Assembly: GCA_964402515.1 (NCBI GenBank)
Contig: CAYOCM010000004.1
Location: 1-35,272, forward strand
Origin: an uncultured Ruminococcus sp.
Lineage (GTDB): Bacteria; Bacillota; Clostridia; Oscillospirales; CAG-382
DNA: 35,272 bases
Direction of reading: 5' to 3'
Below, in pieces: positions 27,390-35,272 of the stretch (positions within the stretch are counted from its first letter, which is position 1; each line of letters starts with the position of its first letter). The notes beneath the pieces are model-generated. The model was not told where the DNA came from and made no database searches. It was given only the letters and a program-made list of their open reading frames with translations. Both the position numbers and the translations under genes were made by a program.

Positions 27390-28870
27390 ACATCCATATA
27401 GATAACCAAAGCGGACAGCTTAACGATTATTATTTTCAAACGCTGTGTCTGCTTTATTTCCCAGGTGAAAAATTTCCGCCGTCGGGTGACGACAGCGGCA
27501 AAAGCGCATATTTTAAAGTTGCCGCCGAATCTGACGGTTCTTTTGCCGCGTTTGTAAAACTTATAAGCGGCGATAAAGCAGCCGAAGGATATTATTGCAG
27601 CAGGGGGTATGTCCCCGCAACAGAGATGAAACCCGAGTTTTATGCTCAACTTGCGCTCGGCAGTGCGTATCTCGAAGCCGGTCAAAAACTTTTCGGTTTT
27701 ACACCTCCCTGGGGATATCTTACCGGATTGCGCCCCGTAAAACGCGCAAGATATTACCTTACGCGTGGTTACGATACACGCACAGTCAGCGACATGTTTG
27801 TCAACGATTATCGCGTTGCGCCGCAAAAAGCGCATCTTTCGGTAAAAACGGCACTTATCGAGACCGAAATGCTTAAAGATTATAAGTATGGTACTGTCGG
27901 TCTGTATGTTTCTATACCGTTTTGCCCCACGAGATGCGAATATTGCTCGTTTATATCATACGCCACCAAACGCCTTAATGCGATGATACCCGACTATCTC
28001 GTCAGACTGCATCACGATCTCGAGTCGACCGCGGCGTTTATCAAAGAGATGGGATTTGATGTCGGTGCCGTCTACATAGGCGGCGGAACTCCCACCGTTC
28101 TTGACGAAAAACAGCTTTATGACCTTTTGAATCTGATAACTTCAAAATTCGATCTGTCAAAATGCCGCGAATTTACTTGCGAATCCGGCAGACCCGACAC
28201 TATTACAAAACAGAAAATCGACATAATGCGTTCTTTCGGAGTCGATCGCATCAGCGTCAACCCGCAAACTATCCACTCCGATGTCTTAAAACGCATGGGC
28301 AGGTTGCATACGCCCGAAATGTTTTATAACGCTGCCGACGCTGCTTTGTCGGCAGGCTTTAAATGCGTTAACGCAGACCTTATCGCGGGTCTGCCGGGCG
28401 ACAGTTTCGACGGTTTCTGCGAGAGCCTGCACAAAGTTCATGAGATGGGCTTCGGCAATATCACCGTGCATACTTTAAGTGTTAAAAACGCAGCTTCAAT
28501 ACGTTTTGACGAAACGGACGTATACGACCCCGAGGGCACAAAAGCAAGAAAATGCGTTGAATACGCCAACAGTTATCTCGAATCAAACAGCATGCGCCCT
28601 TATTATCTTTACAGACAAAAAAACACCGTCGGCAACGCCGAAAATACCGGCTATGCTTATCAAGACCTTGAAAATCTGTATAACGTATTGATGATGGAAG
28701 AGGTTTCGACGGTTTTTGCATGCGGCGCCGGCTCAATAACCAAATTAGTCAATGAACAGATGAACGATATTCTGCGCATCGCATCGCCCAAATATCCTTA
28801 TGAATATCTCGAAACACAACCTGACTCTTGGCAGGTTGATGCACGGCAATTTTTCGGAGCACAACATTAA
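27386..28870 (+). CDS. hemZ: HemZ-type radical SAM protein (HemN-like)
   Basis: PWGYLTGLRP, YVSIPFCPTRCEYCSF, GGGTPT, GRPDTI, PYYLYRQKN; usual neighbour of rel-dtd. Confidence 0.92.
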   Translation: MNIHIDNQSGQLNDYYFQTLCLLYFPGEKFPPSGDDSGKSAYFKVAAESDGSFAAFVKLISGDKAAEGYYCSRGYVPATEMKPEFYAQLALGSAYLEAGQKLFGFTPPWGYLTGLRPVKRARYYLTRGYDTRTVSDMFVNDYRVAPQKAHLSVKTALIETEMLKDYKYGTVGLYVSIPFCPTRCEYCSFISYATKRLNAMIPDYLVRLHHDLESTAAFIKEMGFDVGAVYIGGGTPTVLDEKQLYDLLNLITSKFDLSKCREFTCESGRPDTITKQKIDIMRSFGVDRISVNPQTIHSDVLKRMGRLHTPEMFYNAADAALSAGFKCVNADLIAGLPGDSFDGFCESLHKVHEMGFGNITVHTLSVKNAASIRFDETDVYDPEGTKARKCVEYANSYLESNSMRPYYLYRQKNTVGNAENTGYAYQDLENLYNVLMMEEVSTVFACGAGSITKLVNEQMNDILRIASPKYPYEYLETQPDSWQVDARQFFGAQH

Positions 28871-29715
28871 TGAAGCAAAATTATAACCGACTTATCGCAT
28901 CGACCGAAGCGGCCTTTGACGCTCTTATAAATTCAGTTGCAAAAGATGTATTATGCAGCGGTGCAAGAATTGTGCTTATAGCGGGCGGTTCTTGCGTAGG
29001 TAAGACGCCGTCTACCATAAAACTTTGCAAACGCCTTACCGAATGCGGTGTTAACGTGCATACAATATCGCTTGACGACTTTTATCGTTTCGGCAATGAA
29101 TGCGTTTACCTGCCCGACGGCACCAAAGATATAGAGAGCATCAACAGTTTGCGGCTTGACTTGATCTCCGATATGCTGCACGATATCGCAGATAAAAAGC
29201 CTGTCTTGTCTTTGCCGCGATTTGATTTTACGGTAAGAGCGCGCATAGATGACGCTGTAAAGATTAAACGCACAGACAACGATATGTTTATAATAGAGGG
29301 ATTGCACGCTCATAACCCGGTTATAGCAGACGAGGTCGATAAAGTGTATAAAGTCTATCTTTATACCCAACGTAAAAATTGCGATTTTAATCCGCGACTT
29401 GTCAGACGCATCGTGCGTGACAGCATACATCGCGCTTCGCCCGCTGCGGAAACGCTCTCACAATGGCATAATGTTATCGCAGAAGAGCAAAAAAGCATTG
29501 CATTATATGCCAAAAGCGCCGATGCAAGTATTAATACCTATTTTGAATACGAACGTGATATTTTTGTCGATATCACATTGTCGCAACTTGCGGATATGCC
29601 TTACATGCCGGAATACGACGACATAAAGGCAGATATAATTAATTATTTAAAAGGGGCGCACAGCATACCCGCTGATGCCGTTCCGCCCAATTCATTGATG
29701 AAGGAGTTCGTTTGA
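28870..29715 (+). CDS. Uridine/nucleoside kinase-like P-loop protein
   Basis: IAGGSCVGKT, ISLDDFY, IIEGLHA, RLVRRIVRD. Confidence 0.8.
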   Translation: MKQNYNRLIASTEAAFDALINSVAKDVLCSGARIVLIAGGSCVGKTPSTIKLCKRLTECGVNVHTISLDDFYRFGNECVYLPDGTKDIESINSLRLDLISDMLHDIADKKPVLSLPRFDFTVRARIDDAVKIKRTDNDMFIIEGLHAHNPVIADEVDKVYKVYLYTQRKNCDFNPRLVRRIVRDSIHRASPAAETLSQWHNVIAEEQKSIALYAKSADASINTYFEYERDIFVDITLSQLADMPYMPEYDDIKADIINYLKGAHSIPADAVPPNSLMKEFV

Positions 29716-29721
29716 TACACC

Positions 29722-31392
29722 GTGCAAGCAGTTAAAAACAAAGGCTCGTTTTTGACAGAGGCGCTCATTATCAGCCTTTCGAGTTTTTTGGTCAAGATAA
29801 TAGGCGTTGTATACAAAGTTCCGCTTGCCGATATGCTCGGCACGAGTATGAGTGTGTTCAACGCCGCGTATTCTGTCTATTCAATGTTGTATATGCTTTC
29901 TACGTCGGGATTGCCTACCGCTGTCTCGCGTATGGTGGCCGCCGCCGCCGAAAAAGGCAGAAAACTTGAAACTCAAAAAATATTTAAAAACGCCATAATC
30001 GTTTTGGGAATAATCGGTTTTACTTTGTCTGCCGCTATGTTTATCTTTGCCGAACCGCTTGCGCAGTGGTCAAAGCATCCCGATGCCGTAAACGCAATAA
30101 AAGTTGTTTCTCCGACAGTGTTTTTTATATGTATTGCAGCATCGTTCCGCGGATATTTTCAAGGGTTACACAATATGTATCCCACCGCGATCAGCCAATT
30201 TATAGAGGCTTTCTTTAAATTTGCACTCGGCCTTGGTGCGACGTATTATGCAAAACAGGCCGGATATTCTACCGTAGAACAGGCCGCATTTGCAATCAGC
30301 GGACTTACAGTCGGCGTGTTTTTCGGAATGTCGTTTTTGATACTTTATAAGCGTTTCGGCAAAAAGTATCGGTTTGAAACCTTCACATCCGAATGTGCTA
30401 ACGATAAAGAGATACTGAGCAAATTTGTGCAAATCGCAGTGCCGGTTGCCGTTTCTTCAAGCGCACTTTATTTAACGCATTTTCTTGATACTTTAGTGAT
30501 AAACCAATGTCTTGTCAGAGCAGGATACGGGCTTGATGTTGCCGATAAAATGTATTCGGCTTATACGACTTTGTCTACATCTTTGTCGGATCTTATACCG
30601 TCAACGCTTGTTTATCCAGTTGCGATAAGCATATTGCCCGCCGTTTCTGCGGCAATGGCCGTTAATCGCAAAAAAGATGTAAGGCGCTATTGCTTGCAAT
30701 CTCTCAGAATGTCGGCAATAATTTCAAGTCCCTTTGCGTTATGTATGGCAGTGCTTTCTAAGCCCTGTATATCTTTGATATACGGCAGCGGATGGGGTGG
30801 GGATGTTACTTTGCTGTCGGGACAAACCGTCTCGCTTGTCGACCTCGCGTCGGGTTGCCTATCGGTTTTATCATTCGGAATGATACTTATTTCTATGCTG
30901 TCAACATCGAATGCGCTTTTGCAGGCACTCGGAAAGGTGACCGCACCCATGTTTTCTATTTTGGCAGCCGTAATACCGCTTGTAATAGTGCAACTTGCTC
31001 TTACCTCAATATCCGTAATAGGCATATACGGCGCACCGATAGCAACGCTTACATGTTATGTCACCGCACTTGCGCTTAACTTAAAAAAATTGCGTAGCGC
31101 ATTGCCCGAATTAAAACTTACATTTAAACGCCTGTTTTTTAAACCGCTGTTTTGCTCGGTTGCATCCGCAATTGTTTGTATTGTCGCATACGGCGTTATG
31201 TCTCTGTTGCTCGGCGGCAGTACATCGCGTATAGCATCGGCAGTTTACCTGCTCGTTTCTGCAGTATTCGCCGTGCCGGTATACATTATTTTGATGCTCA
31301 AACTCAAAGGCATAACCGCGTCAGAGGTCGCGCTTTTACCAAAAGGAGACAAAATATCAAGATTTTTTATAGCAAAAGGACTGCTAAAATAG
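29722..31392 (+). CDS. MOP-family flippase / polysaccharide biosynthesis protein (YabM/SpoVB/MurJ-like)
   Basis: VKIIGVVYKVPL, STSGLPTAVSRMVA, RGYFQG, SQFIE, many TM helices; sits upstream of hup-yabP-yabQ. Confidence 0.9.
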   Translation: MQAVKNKGSFLTEALIISLSSFLVKIIGVVYKVPLADMLGTSMSVFNAAYSVYSMLYMLSTSGLPTAVSRMVAAAAEKGRKLETQKIFKNAIIVLGIIGFTLSAAMFIFAEPLAQWSKHPDAVNAIKVVSPTVFFICIAASFRGYFQGLHNMYPTAISQFIEAFFKFALGLGATYYAKQAGYSTVEQAAFAISGLTVGVFFGMSFLILYKRFGKKYRFETFTSECANDKEILSKFVQIAVPVAVSSSALYLTHFLDTLVINQCLVRAGYGLDVADKMYSAYTTLSTSLSDLIPSTLVYPVAISILPAVSAAMAVNRKKDVRRYCLQSLRMSAIISSPFALCMAVLSKPCISLIYGSGWGGDVTLLSGQTVSLVDLASGCLSVLSFGMILISMLSTSNALLQALGKVTAPMFSILAAVIPLVIVQLALTSISVIGIYGAPIATLTCYVTALALNLKKLRSALPELKLTFKRLFFKPLFCSVASAIVCIVAYGVMSLLLGGSTSRIASAVYLLVSAVFAVPVYIILMLKLKGITASEVALLPKGDKISRFFIAKGLLK

Positions 31393-31423
31393 CACAAAAT
31401 ATAGATTTTTTGGTCAAAATCTC

Positions 31424-31452
31424 TTGATATATCGCATTTTGTGTGGTATAAT
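31424..31452 (+). promoter_or_regulatory. SigmaA promoter with extended -10 for hup
   Basis: TTGATA (31424-31429), 17 nt spacer ending in TGn, TATAAT (31447-31452). Confidence 0.75.
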
Positions 31453-31481
31453 ATAACAAAATAAATTTTAGGAGTAATTTT

Positions 31482-31757
31482 ATGAATAAGACATCTCTTG
31501 TTGAAATTGTTGCGCAAAATACCGGACTTAAAAAGAAAGATGCAGAGGCCGCGGTCAACGCTGTTTTCGGTGCCATAGCAGACGATCTTGCCACCGGCGG
31601 CAGAGTTCAGCTCGCAGGTTTCGGCGGTTTTAAGATCCGTGAAAAATCCGAACGCAAGGGCCGCAACCCCAAGACCGGCGCAGAGATCGTTATTCCCGCT
31701 TCGCGCAATATAGTTTTTACTGCCGGCAAATCGCTTAAGGATGCCGTCAACAAATAA
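31482..31757 (+). CDS. hup: DNA-binding protein HU
   Basis: MNKTSLV, GFGGF, RKGRNPKTG, FTAGKSLKDAV. Confidence 0.97.
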   Translation: MNKTSLVEIVAQNTGLKKKDAEAAVNAVFGAIADDLATGGRVQLAGFGGFKIREKSERKGRNPKTGAEIVIPASRNIVFTAGKSLKDAVNK

Positions 31758-31769
31758 CCGTTAATTTGC

Positions 31770-31795
31770 GGGGCTGCGTTGCAGCCCCATTTTTT
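31770..31795 (+). terminator. Intrinsic terminator after hup
   Basis: GGGGCTGC-GTT-GCAGCCCC-ATTTTTT. Confidence 0.7.
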
Positions 31796-31807
31796 AGGAG
31801 AATTTTT

Positions 31808-32050
31808 ATGCGATTGGATAAATATTTAAAGGTCTCACGTATAATCAAACGTCGCACGGTAGCGAACGAAGCCTGCGATAACGAACACGTGTCGATAAAC
31901 GGCAAACCCGCAAAGGCTTCGGCAGAGGTAAGACTCGGTGATATAATAGAGGTCAGATACGGCAGCCGCACACTTAAGGTGCGCGTTACCGCAATAACCG
32001 ACAGCACAAAAAAATCCGATGCCGCCGAAATGTACGAGGTTATAGCATAG
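31808..32050 (+). CDS. yabO: S4-domain RNA-binding protein (YabO/RqcP/Hsp15-like)
   Basis: MRLDKYLKVSRIIKRRTVANEAC; ATG 31808 behind AGGAG. Confidence 0.93.
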   Translation: MRLDKYLKVSRIIKRRTVANEACDNEHVSINGKPAKASAEVRLGDIIEVRYGSRTLKVRVTAITDSTKKSDAAEMYEVIA

Positions 32051-32073
32051 CTTTTGCACAAGGCGCATATCTT
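32045..32073 (+). promoter_or_regulatory. SigE-like (mother-cell) promoter upstream of yabP
   Basis: gcATA (32045-32049), 16 nt spacer, CATATCTT (32066-32073); yabPQ is SigE-dependent in B. subtilis. Confidence 0.5.
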
Positions 32074-32100
32074 TTTATAAAAAATATGCGAGGTCAAACT

Positions 32101-32367
32101 ATGAATAAACCTGCGTTGCAGCATTCTGTTACGCTTTCAGAACGGCATTTGCTGTCTGTAAGCGGAGTTACCGATATAATCAGCTTTGACGAAAAATTTG
32201 CCGTGCTCGAGATATCTCAAAGCCAACTTAACATAGAAGGCAGCGAACTTACAGTGACAAAACTCTCACTTGAAACGGGTGAGGTTGCGCTTACGGGAAA
32301 TATCACGGCGGTATACTATACTGCCGTAAAGCCAAAAAAGAATCTGTTCGGCAGGCTGTTCGGCTGA
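32101..32367 (+). CDS. yabP: Sporulation protein YabP
   Basis: HSVTLSER..VSGVTDIISFDE..LSLETGEV..LFGRLFG; ATG 32101 behind GAGG. Confidence 0.92.
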   Translation: MNKPALQHSVTLSERHLLSVSGVTDIISFDEKFAVLEISQSQLNIEGSELTVTKLSLETGEVALTGNITAVYYTAVKPKKNLFGRLFG

Positions 32368-32831
32368 TGGTAATCGACTATACAGCACAATACCTTTTGC
32401 TTTTGGCGTCCGTTCTTTCGGGTATCGGACTCGGAATCGTTTGCGATCTTATACGTATGTTTCGCATGATAATACCGCATATACGTATAGCCGTATTTGT
32501 TGAAGATATTATCTTCGGCATAATATGCGGTGCGGTTATGACACTTGATTTTTATAATTTTTCATACGGCAGGCCGCGACTTTATGCTTTTATCGCCGCT
32601 TTCGGTGCCGCACTTTTGTGGCGTACCACGGTCGGCAGGCTGACAAATCGCATTTTAAATGCAATACTCGGCTTTTTAAGGCCGAAAATTAAAAAAGCGT
32701 TAGATTTTATAAAAATAGCAGTTGATTTTTTTGTTCTCCGGGTATATACTGCACTTGTGAGTGTGTATATGTCATATCGTGCAAAACGCGGTTTCGGCCT
32801 GCTTGACAAAAATCGCAAAGCCGGCTGCTGA
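32367..32831 (+). CDS. yabQ: Spore cortex biosynthesis protein YabQ
   Basis: TM-rich, GIVCDLIRMFR, EDIIF, YGRPRLY; coupled to yabP. Confidence 0.85.
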   Translation: MVIDYTAQYLLLLASVLSGIGLGIVCDLIRMFRMIIPHIRIAVFVEDIIFGIICGAVMTLDFYNFSYGRPRLYAFIAAFGAALLWRTTVGRLTNRILNAILGFLRPKIKKALDFIKIAVDFFVLRVYTALVSVYMSYRAKRGFGLLDKNRKAGC

Positions 32832-32860
32832 GTTTATCAGTAAAGTATTAGAGGTATCAA

Positions 32861-33151
32861 ATGAACAGACGCCACCGTTCAAATATATTTATGCGCGGCT
32901 TTGTCGTGTTGCTCGTTGGTTTTATCGTTATACTTATTATCGATGCCCAGGTAAGGCTTAACACGCTTTCGCAAAGAGTTGATGCTTTGCGCGACGAGGC
33001 GATCGCCGTTACCGACGATATCGAAGACCTGCAAATGCAGCTTGAGCAGGCAAAAGAGATGACCGATGAATATATTGCGCGCGTTGCCATAGACAAACTG
33101 GGTTATCGTTATAAAGACGATATGGTGTTTTATAACGACATCGCAAACTGA
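32861..33151 (+). CDS. divIC: Septum formation initiator (DivIC/FtsB family)
   Basis: Basic N-terminus, single TM helix, coiled coil, EYIARVAIDKLGY; follows yabQ. Confidence 0.82.
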   Translation: MNRRHRSNIFMRGFVVLLVGFIVILIIDAQVRLNTLSQRVDALRDEAIAVTDDIEDLQMQLEQAKEMTDEYIARVAIDKLGYRYKDDMVFYNDIAN

Positions 33152-33155
33152 TTTT

Positions 33156-33180
33156 AAAAGCCGACCTAAAGGTCGGCCTT
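33156..33180. terminator. Hairpin 1 after divIC
   Basis: AAAAGCCGACC-TAAA-GGTCGGCCTT. Confidence 0.6.
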
Positions 33181-33191
33181 ATCTTTGGTTT

Positions 33192-33220
33192 AAAACAGAC
33201 GGCCTAAAGCCGTCTGTTTT
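33192..33220. terminator. Hairpin 2, bidirectional terminator between convergent divIC and ycxB-like genes
   Basis: AAAACAGACGGC-CTAAA-GCCGTCTGTTTT. Confidence 0.75.
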
Positions 33221-33221
33221 G

Positions 33222-33752
33222 CTATTTAACAAAAATATATTTATTTCCCACTTTGTTTGATATAAATTGACGTACCTGTTCGGGCGTGGCATCAAGGCAA
33301 CCTATGGGAATCAGCATGCAGCTGTCTTTGCTGCGATAAACATAAAGACATCCGTTTGTGTCGTAAACGGTCTCAATCTCTTCATAAAAGAAATCATGCC
33401 GTTCGTTGCCGTCGGGGTGTTCGATTTCGACGATCAACCCCGTGGGAGCGAGGCAAAAATGATAGGGATCGTTTATCAGATCTTTTGCCGAAGAAATATT
33501 GCGCTTAATTGCCGTTTTCATCGAATAACCGAAAACCAGCATGCAAAGCAAAACCGCGCCGCCGGCTATTATCAGCACGTTTTGATTAAATTGCAGTCCC
33601 AGTGCCGCGAGGAATACCGCTGCGGCAAACACGCAAAAGCAAACCATCGATTTTTTAAATCTCGGATTTTTGCAGCGCCAGAGGTGAAAATTTGCCCAGC
33701 GCTCAAAAATTTCGGGTGTAAGTCGGCATGAACCTGTTATCTGTTTTTTCAT
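33222..33752 (-). CDS. YcxB-like membrane protein
   Basis: Two TM helices, then YEEIETVYDT..LYVY..MLIP C-terminal domain; ATG overlaps the apgM-like TGA. Confidence 0.7.
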   Translation of the reverse strand: MKKQITGSCRLTPEIFERWANFHLWRCKNPRFKKSMVCFCVFAAAVFLAALGLQFNQNVLIIAGGAVLLCMLVFGYSMKTAIKRNISSAKDLINDPYHFCLAPTGLIVEIEHPDGNERHDFFYEEIETVYDTNGCLYVYRSKDSCMLIPIGCLDATPEQVRQFISNKVGNKYIFVK

Positions 33753-34969
33753 TTTTGTGTTTTAAGCAGCAATGGCAGCAGCTTTTCTCCTTTTTCAAGA
33801 TATATATTGCCGTTTGCGCCGCTTTGCTCGCTGTAAGAGATATCGGCATACGGCTTTTTATCTCTTGAATCATAAAGCAAAAACGGCACGGCTTCTCGCG
33901 TATGCGTGCGCAGTGCGATCGGAGTGGGGTGGTCGGGCGTTATCGCGATGCGGTAATCGACTTGCGCGGTATCAAGTGCTTTTGTCAACGGCCCTACTAT
34001 ATATTTGTCTATTCTTTCAATGGCTTTTATCTTGCCGTCGGCATCACCCTGATGTCCACATTCATCCGGCGCTTCGATATGAATATACACAAGGTCGGCA
34101 CCGTTTTTAAGTTCATCAAGTGCTTTTTGCATTTTTGCGGTATAATCGGTATCAAGTGCGCCGGTAGCTCCGCTGACATACGGCACATTCATTCCGGCAC
34201 AAAGCCCTATGCCTTTGATAAGGTCAACTGCGCATATGACAGATGCTTTTATGCCGAATTTTTGTTTAAAGTTCGGCAGTAACGGCTTTTTGCCGGGGCT
34301 CCAAAGCCACAGAGTATTTGCTTTGTTAAGTCTTCTTTTTGCGCGATTTATGTTGACGGGGTGTGAGTTAAGGAGTTCAAACGATTTTTTTTGCAATTCC
34401 CACATCATCCTGCCGTGTTCAGAATCGGGATAATAATCGCCTATGCGGCGGCCGATTATGTCATGAGGGCGCGCAAAATCTTTATATTGCAGGTCTCCGC
34501 CGTATATCATGCAGTGGCGGTAACTTACGCCCGTATAAAGTTTTATTATGTCGTTGCCGAGATTTGCCTGCAGATATTTTATCAATACATCCGCCTCTGC
34601 AGTAGTGATTTCACTTGACGAATGGTCGAGCATTATCCGGTCGTTATAGTCGCAATTGCCGTCTGAAACAGATGCTAAGTTTGCCCTGACTGCCGTATCG
34701 CATTCGCACATATCAATGCCCATGCTGACTGCCTCAAGCGGCGAACGCCCTTTTGAATATATAAGCGGGTCATAACCCATCAGCGCGAGATTTGCGGTGT
34801 CGCTTTCCGGTACCATTCCATCGGGTACCGTCATTATCAACCCGTTTGCGCCAAATGATGCCAAACGGTCAATTGCGGGTTTATATGCTTTTTGCAAAGG
34901 CGTCATTCCGCCGAGTTTATCCTGCGGCAGATCGGCCATGCCGTCGCCGACGATTATTATGTATTTCAT
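33749..34969 (-). CDS. apgM: Cofactor-independent phosphoglycerate mutase, ApgM type (family also proposed as homoserine kinase)
   Basis: GDGMAD, PESDTANL, GRSPLEA, GVSYRH, EAPDECGHQGD, PDHPTP..RTHT; start ATG 34969 or TTG 34975. Confidence 0.9.
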   Translation of the reverse strand: MKYIIIVGDGMADLPQDKLGGMTPLQKAYKPAIDRLASFGANGLIMTVPDGMVPESDTANLALMGYDPLIYSKGRSPLEAVSMGIDMCECDTAVRANLASVSDGNCDYNDRIMLDHSSSEITTAEADVLIKYLQANLGNDIIKLYTGVSYRHCMIYGGDLQYKDFARPHDIIGRRIGDYYPDSEHGRMMWELQKKSFELLNSHPVNINRAKRRLNKANTLWLWSPGKKPLLPNFKQKFGIKASVICAVDLIKGIGLCAGMNVPYVSGATGALDTDYTAKMQKALDELKNGADLVYIHIEAPDECGHQGDADGKIKAIERIDKYIVGPLTKALDTAQVDYRIAITPDHPTPIALRTHTREAVPFLLYDSRDKKPYADISYSEQSGANGNIYLEKGEKLLPLLLKTQK

Positions 34970-34993
34970 AAGCAAATAGCTCCTTTAAGTATC

Positions 34994-35022
34994 AGTATAT
35001 CAAAAAATACCGAATATTGCAA
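34994..35022 (-). promoter_or_regulatory. SigmaA-type promoter for apgM
   Basis: Minus strand TTGCAA (35022-35017), 17 nt spacer ending in TGn, TATACT (34999-34994). Confidence 0.65.
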
Positions 35023-35113
35023 TGCTTTTAATAATGCGCGCCAATGAAATTCGCAAAAAATACATAAAGCATAATAAGCAAACCCGCATTTGATATTTAG
35101 CAATATTGCCTAC

Positions 35114-35143
35114 TTGACGGCTTTGCAAGGCATATGATATAAT
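35114..35143 (+). promoter_or_regulatory. SigmaA promoter with extended -10
   Basis: TTGACG (35114-35119), 18 nt spacer ending in TGn, TATAAT (35138-35143). Confidence 0.75.
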
Positions 35144-35166
35144 ATGCATGTAAGGAGGACGGAAAT

Positions 35167-35229
35167 ATGAGATGTAGAATCAATTGCACCTCGCATTATT
35201 CCGCAGGACAACTTAAGATCAATAATTAA
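35167..35229 (+). CDS. 20-aa small ORF / putative leader peptide MRCRINCTSHYSAGQLKINN
   Basis: AAGGAGG (35152-35158) 8 nt before ATG, directly after a strong promoter and directly before a terminator. Confidence 0.65.
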   Translation: MRCRINCTSHYSAGQLKINN

Positions 35230-35266
35230 AGCGCACAGAGGGCTTGCTTGTCTCTGTGCGCTTTTT
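35228..35266 (+). terminator. Intrinsic terminator / attenuator hairpin
   Basis: AAAGCGCACAGAG, 11-nt loop, CTCTGTGCGCTTTTT. Confidence 0.8.
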
Positions 35267-35272
35267 GTACCG

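Noticed and set aside
27188-27835. Long antisense ORFs (215 aa here; also 22613-23359, 19192-19830, 7406-8050)
   Set aside because: They are shadows of well-supported + strand genes and contain no recognisable motifs.
14215-28870. The two radical SAM genes as RiPP maturases (for example acting on the Cys-containing 20-aa peptide)
   Set aside because: Both match housekeeping families in their usual contexts (downstream of rnc; hemZ after rel-dtd), show no SPASM-type Cys cluster, and have no adjacent precursor.
8240-32100. Longest-ORF starts from the track (8240, 9064, 13473, 22622, 31766, 32086)
   Set aside because: Downstream starts (8279, 9088, 13509, 22634, 31808, 32101) fit SD spacing, stop/start coupling or family N-termini better.
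34658-34667. Exact Neisseria DNA uptake sequence GCCGTCTGAA (and GCCGTCTG at 33209)
   Set aside because: A single exact copy inside a coding region of a Bacillota-type genome is compatible with chance. Real uptake sequences occur at high density.
1-35272. CRISPR array, tRNA/rRNA, IS, integrase or prophage
   Set aside because: Intergenic gaps are short, no regularly spaced repeats were seen, and no ORF carries transposase, recombinase or phage structural motifs. A covariance-model search was not run.

Overview
Chromosomal window from a probably spore-forming Clostridia-type (Bacillota) bacterium. The lineage is inferred from gene content and order (yabP/yabQ, hemZ, cdaA-cdaR, sigmaA-type promoters). 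About 27 kb (6303-33151, + strand) is tightly packed housekeeping: DUF1385-prmC, trmH-like-dprA-topA-plsX-rnc-radical SAM-smc-ftsY-rdgB, cdaA-cdaR-recJ-rel-dtd-hemZ-kinase-YabM/SpoVB-type flippase, and hup-S4-yabP-yabQ-divIC. The first ~6.2 kb is accessory-looking. It holds a 1046-aa SGNH/discoidin/DUF4855-like surface protein, an XRE regulator with a visible operator pair, two membrane hypotheticals, an RNHCP protein and a MazF/NdoA toxin with no adjacent antitoxin. The right end has ycxB-like and apgM-like genes on the minus strand, plus a complete promoter-RBS-20-codon ORF-terminator unit. I saw no rRNA, tRNA, CRISPR array, transposase or integrase. The best candidate for a new system is the orphan MazF: its Shine-Dalgarno lies inside a hairpin, and a SigG-like forespore promoter would start transcription inside that hairpin and free the SD. 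All calls come from reading motifs by eye; no database search was run.
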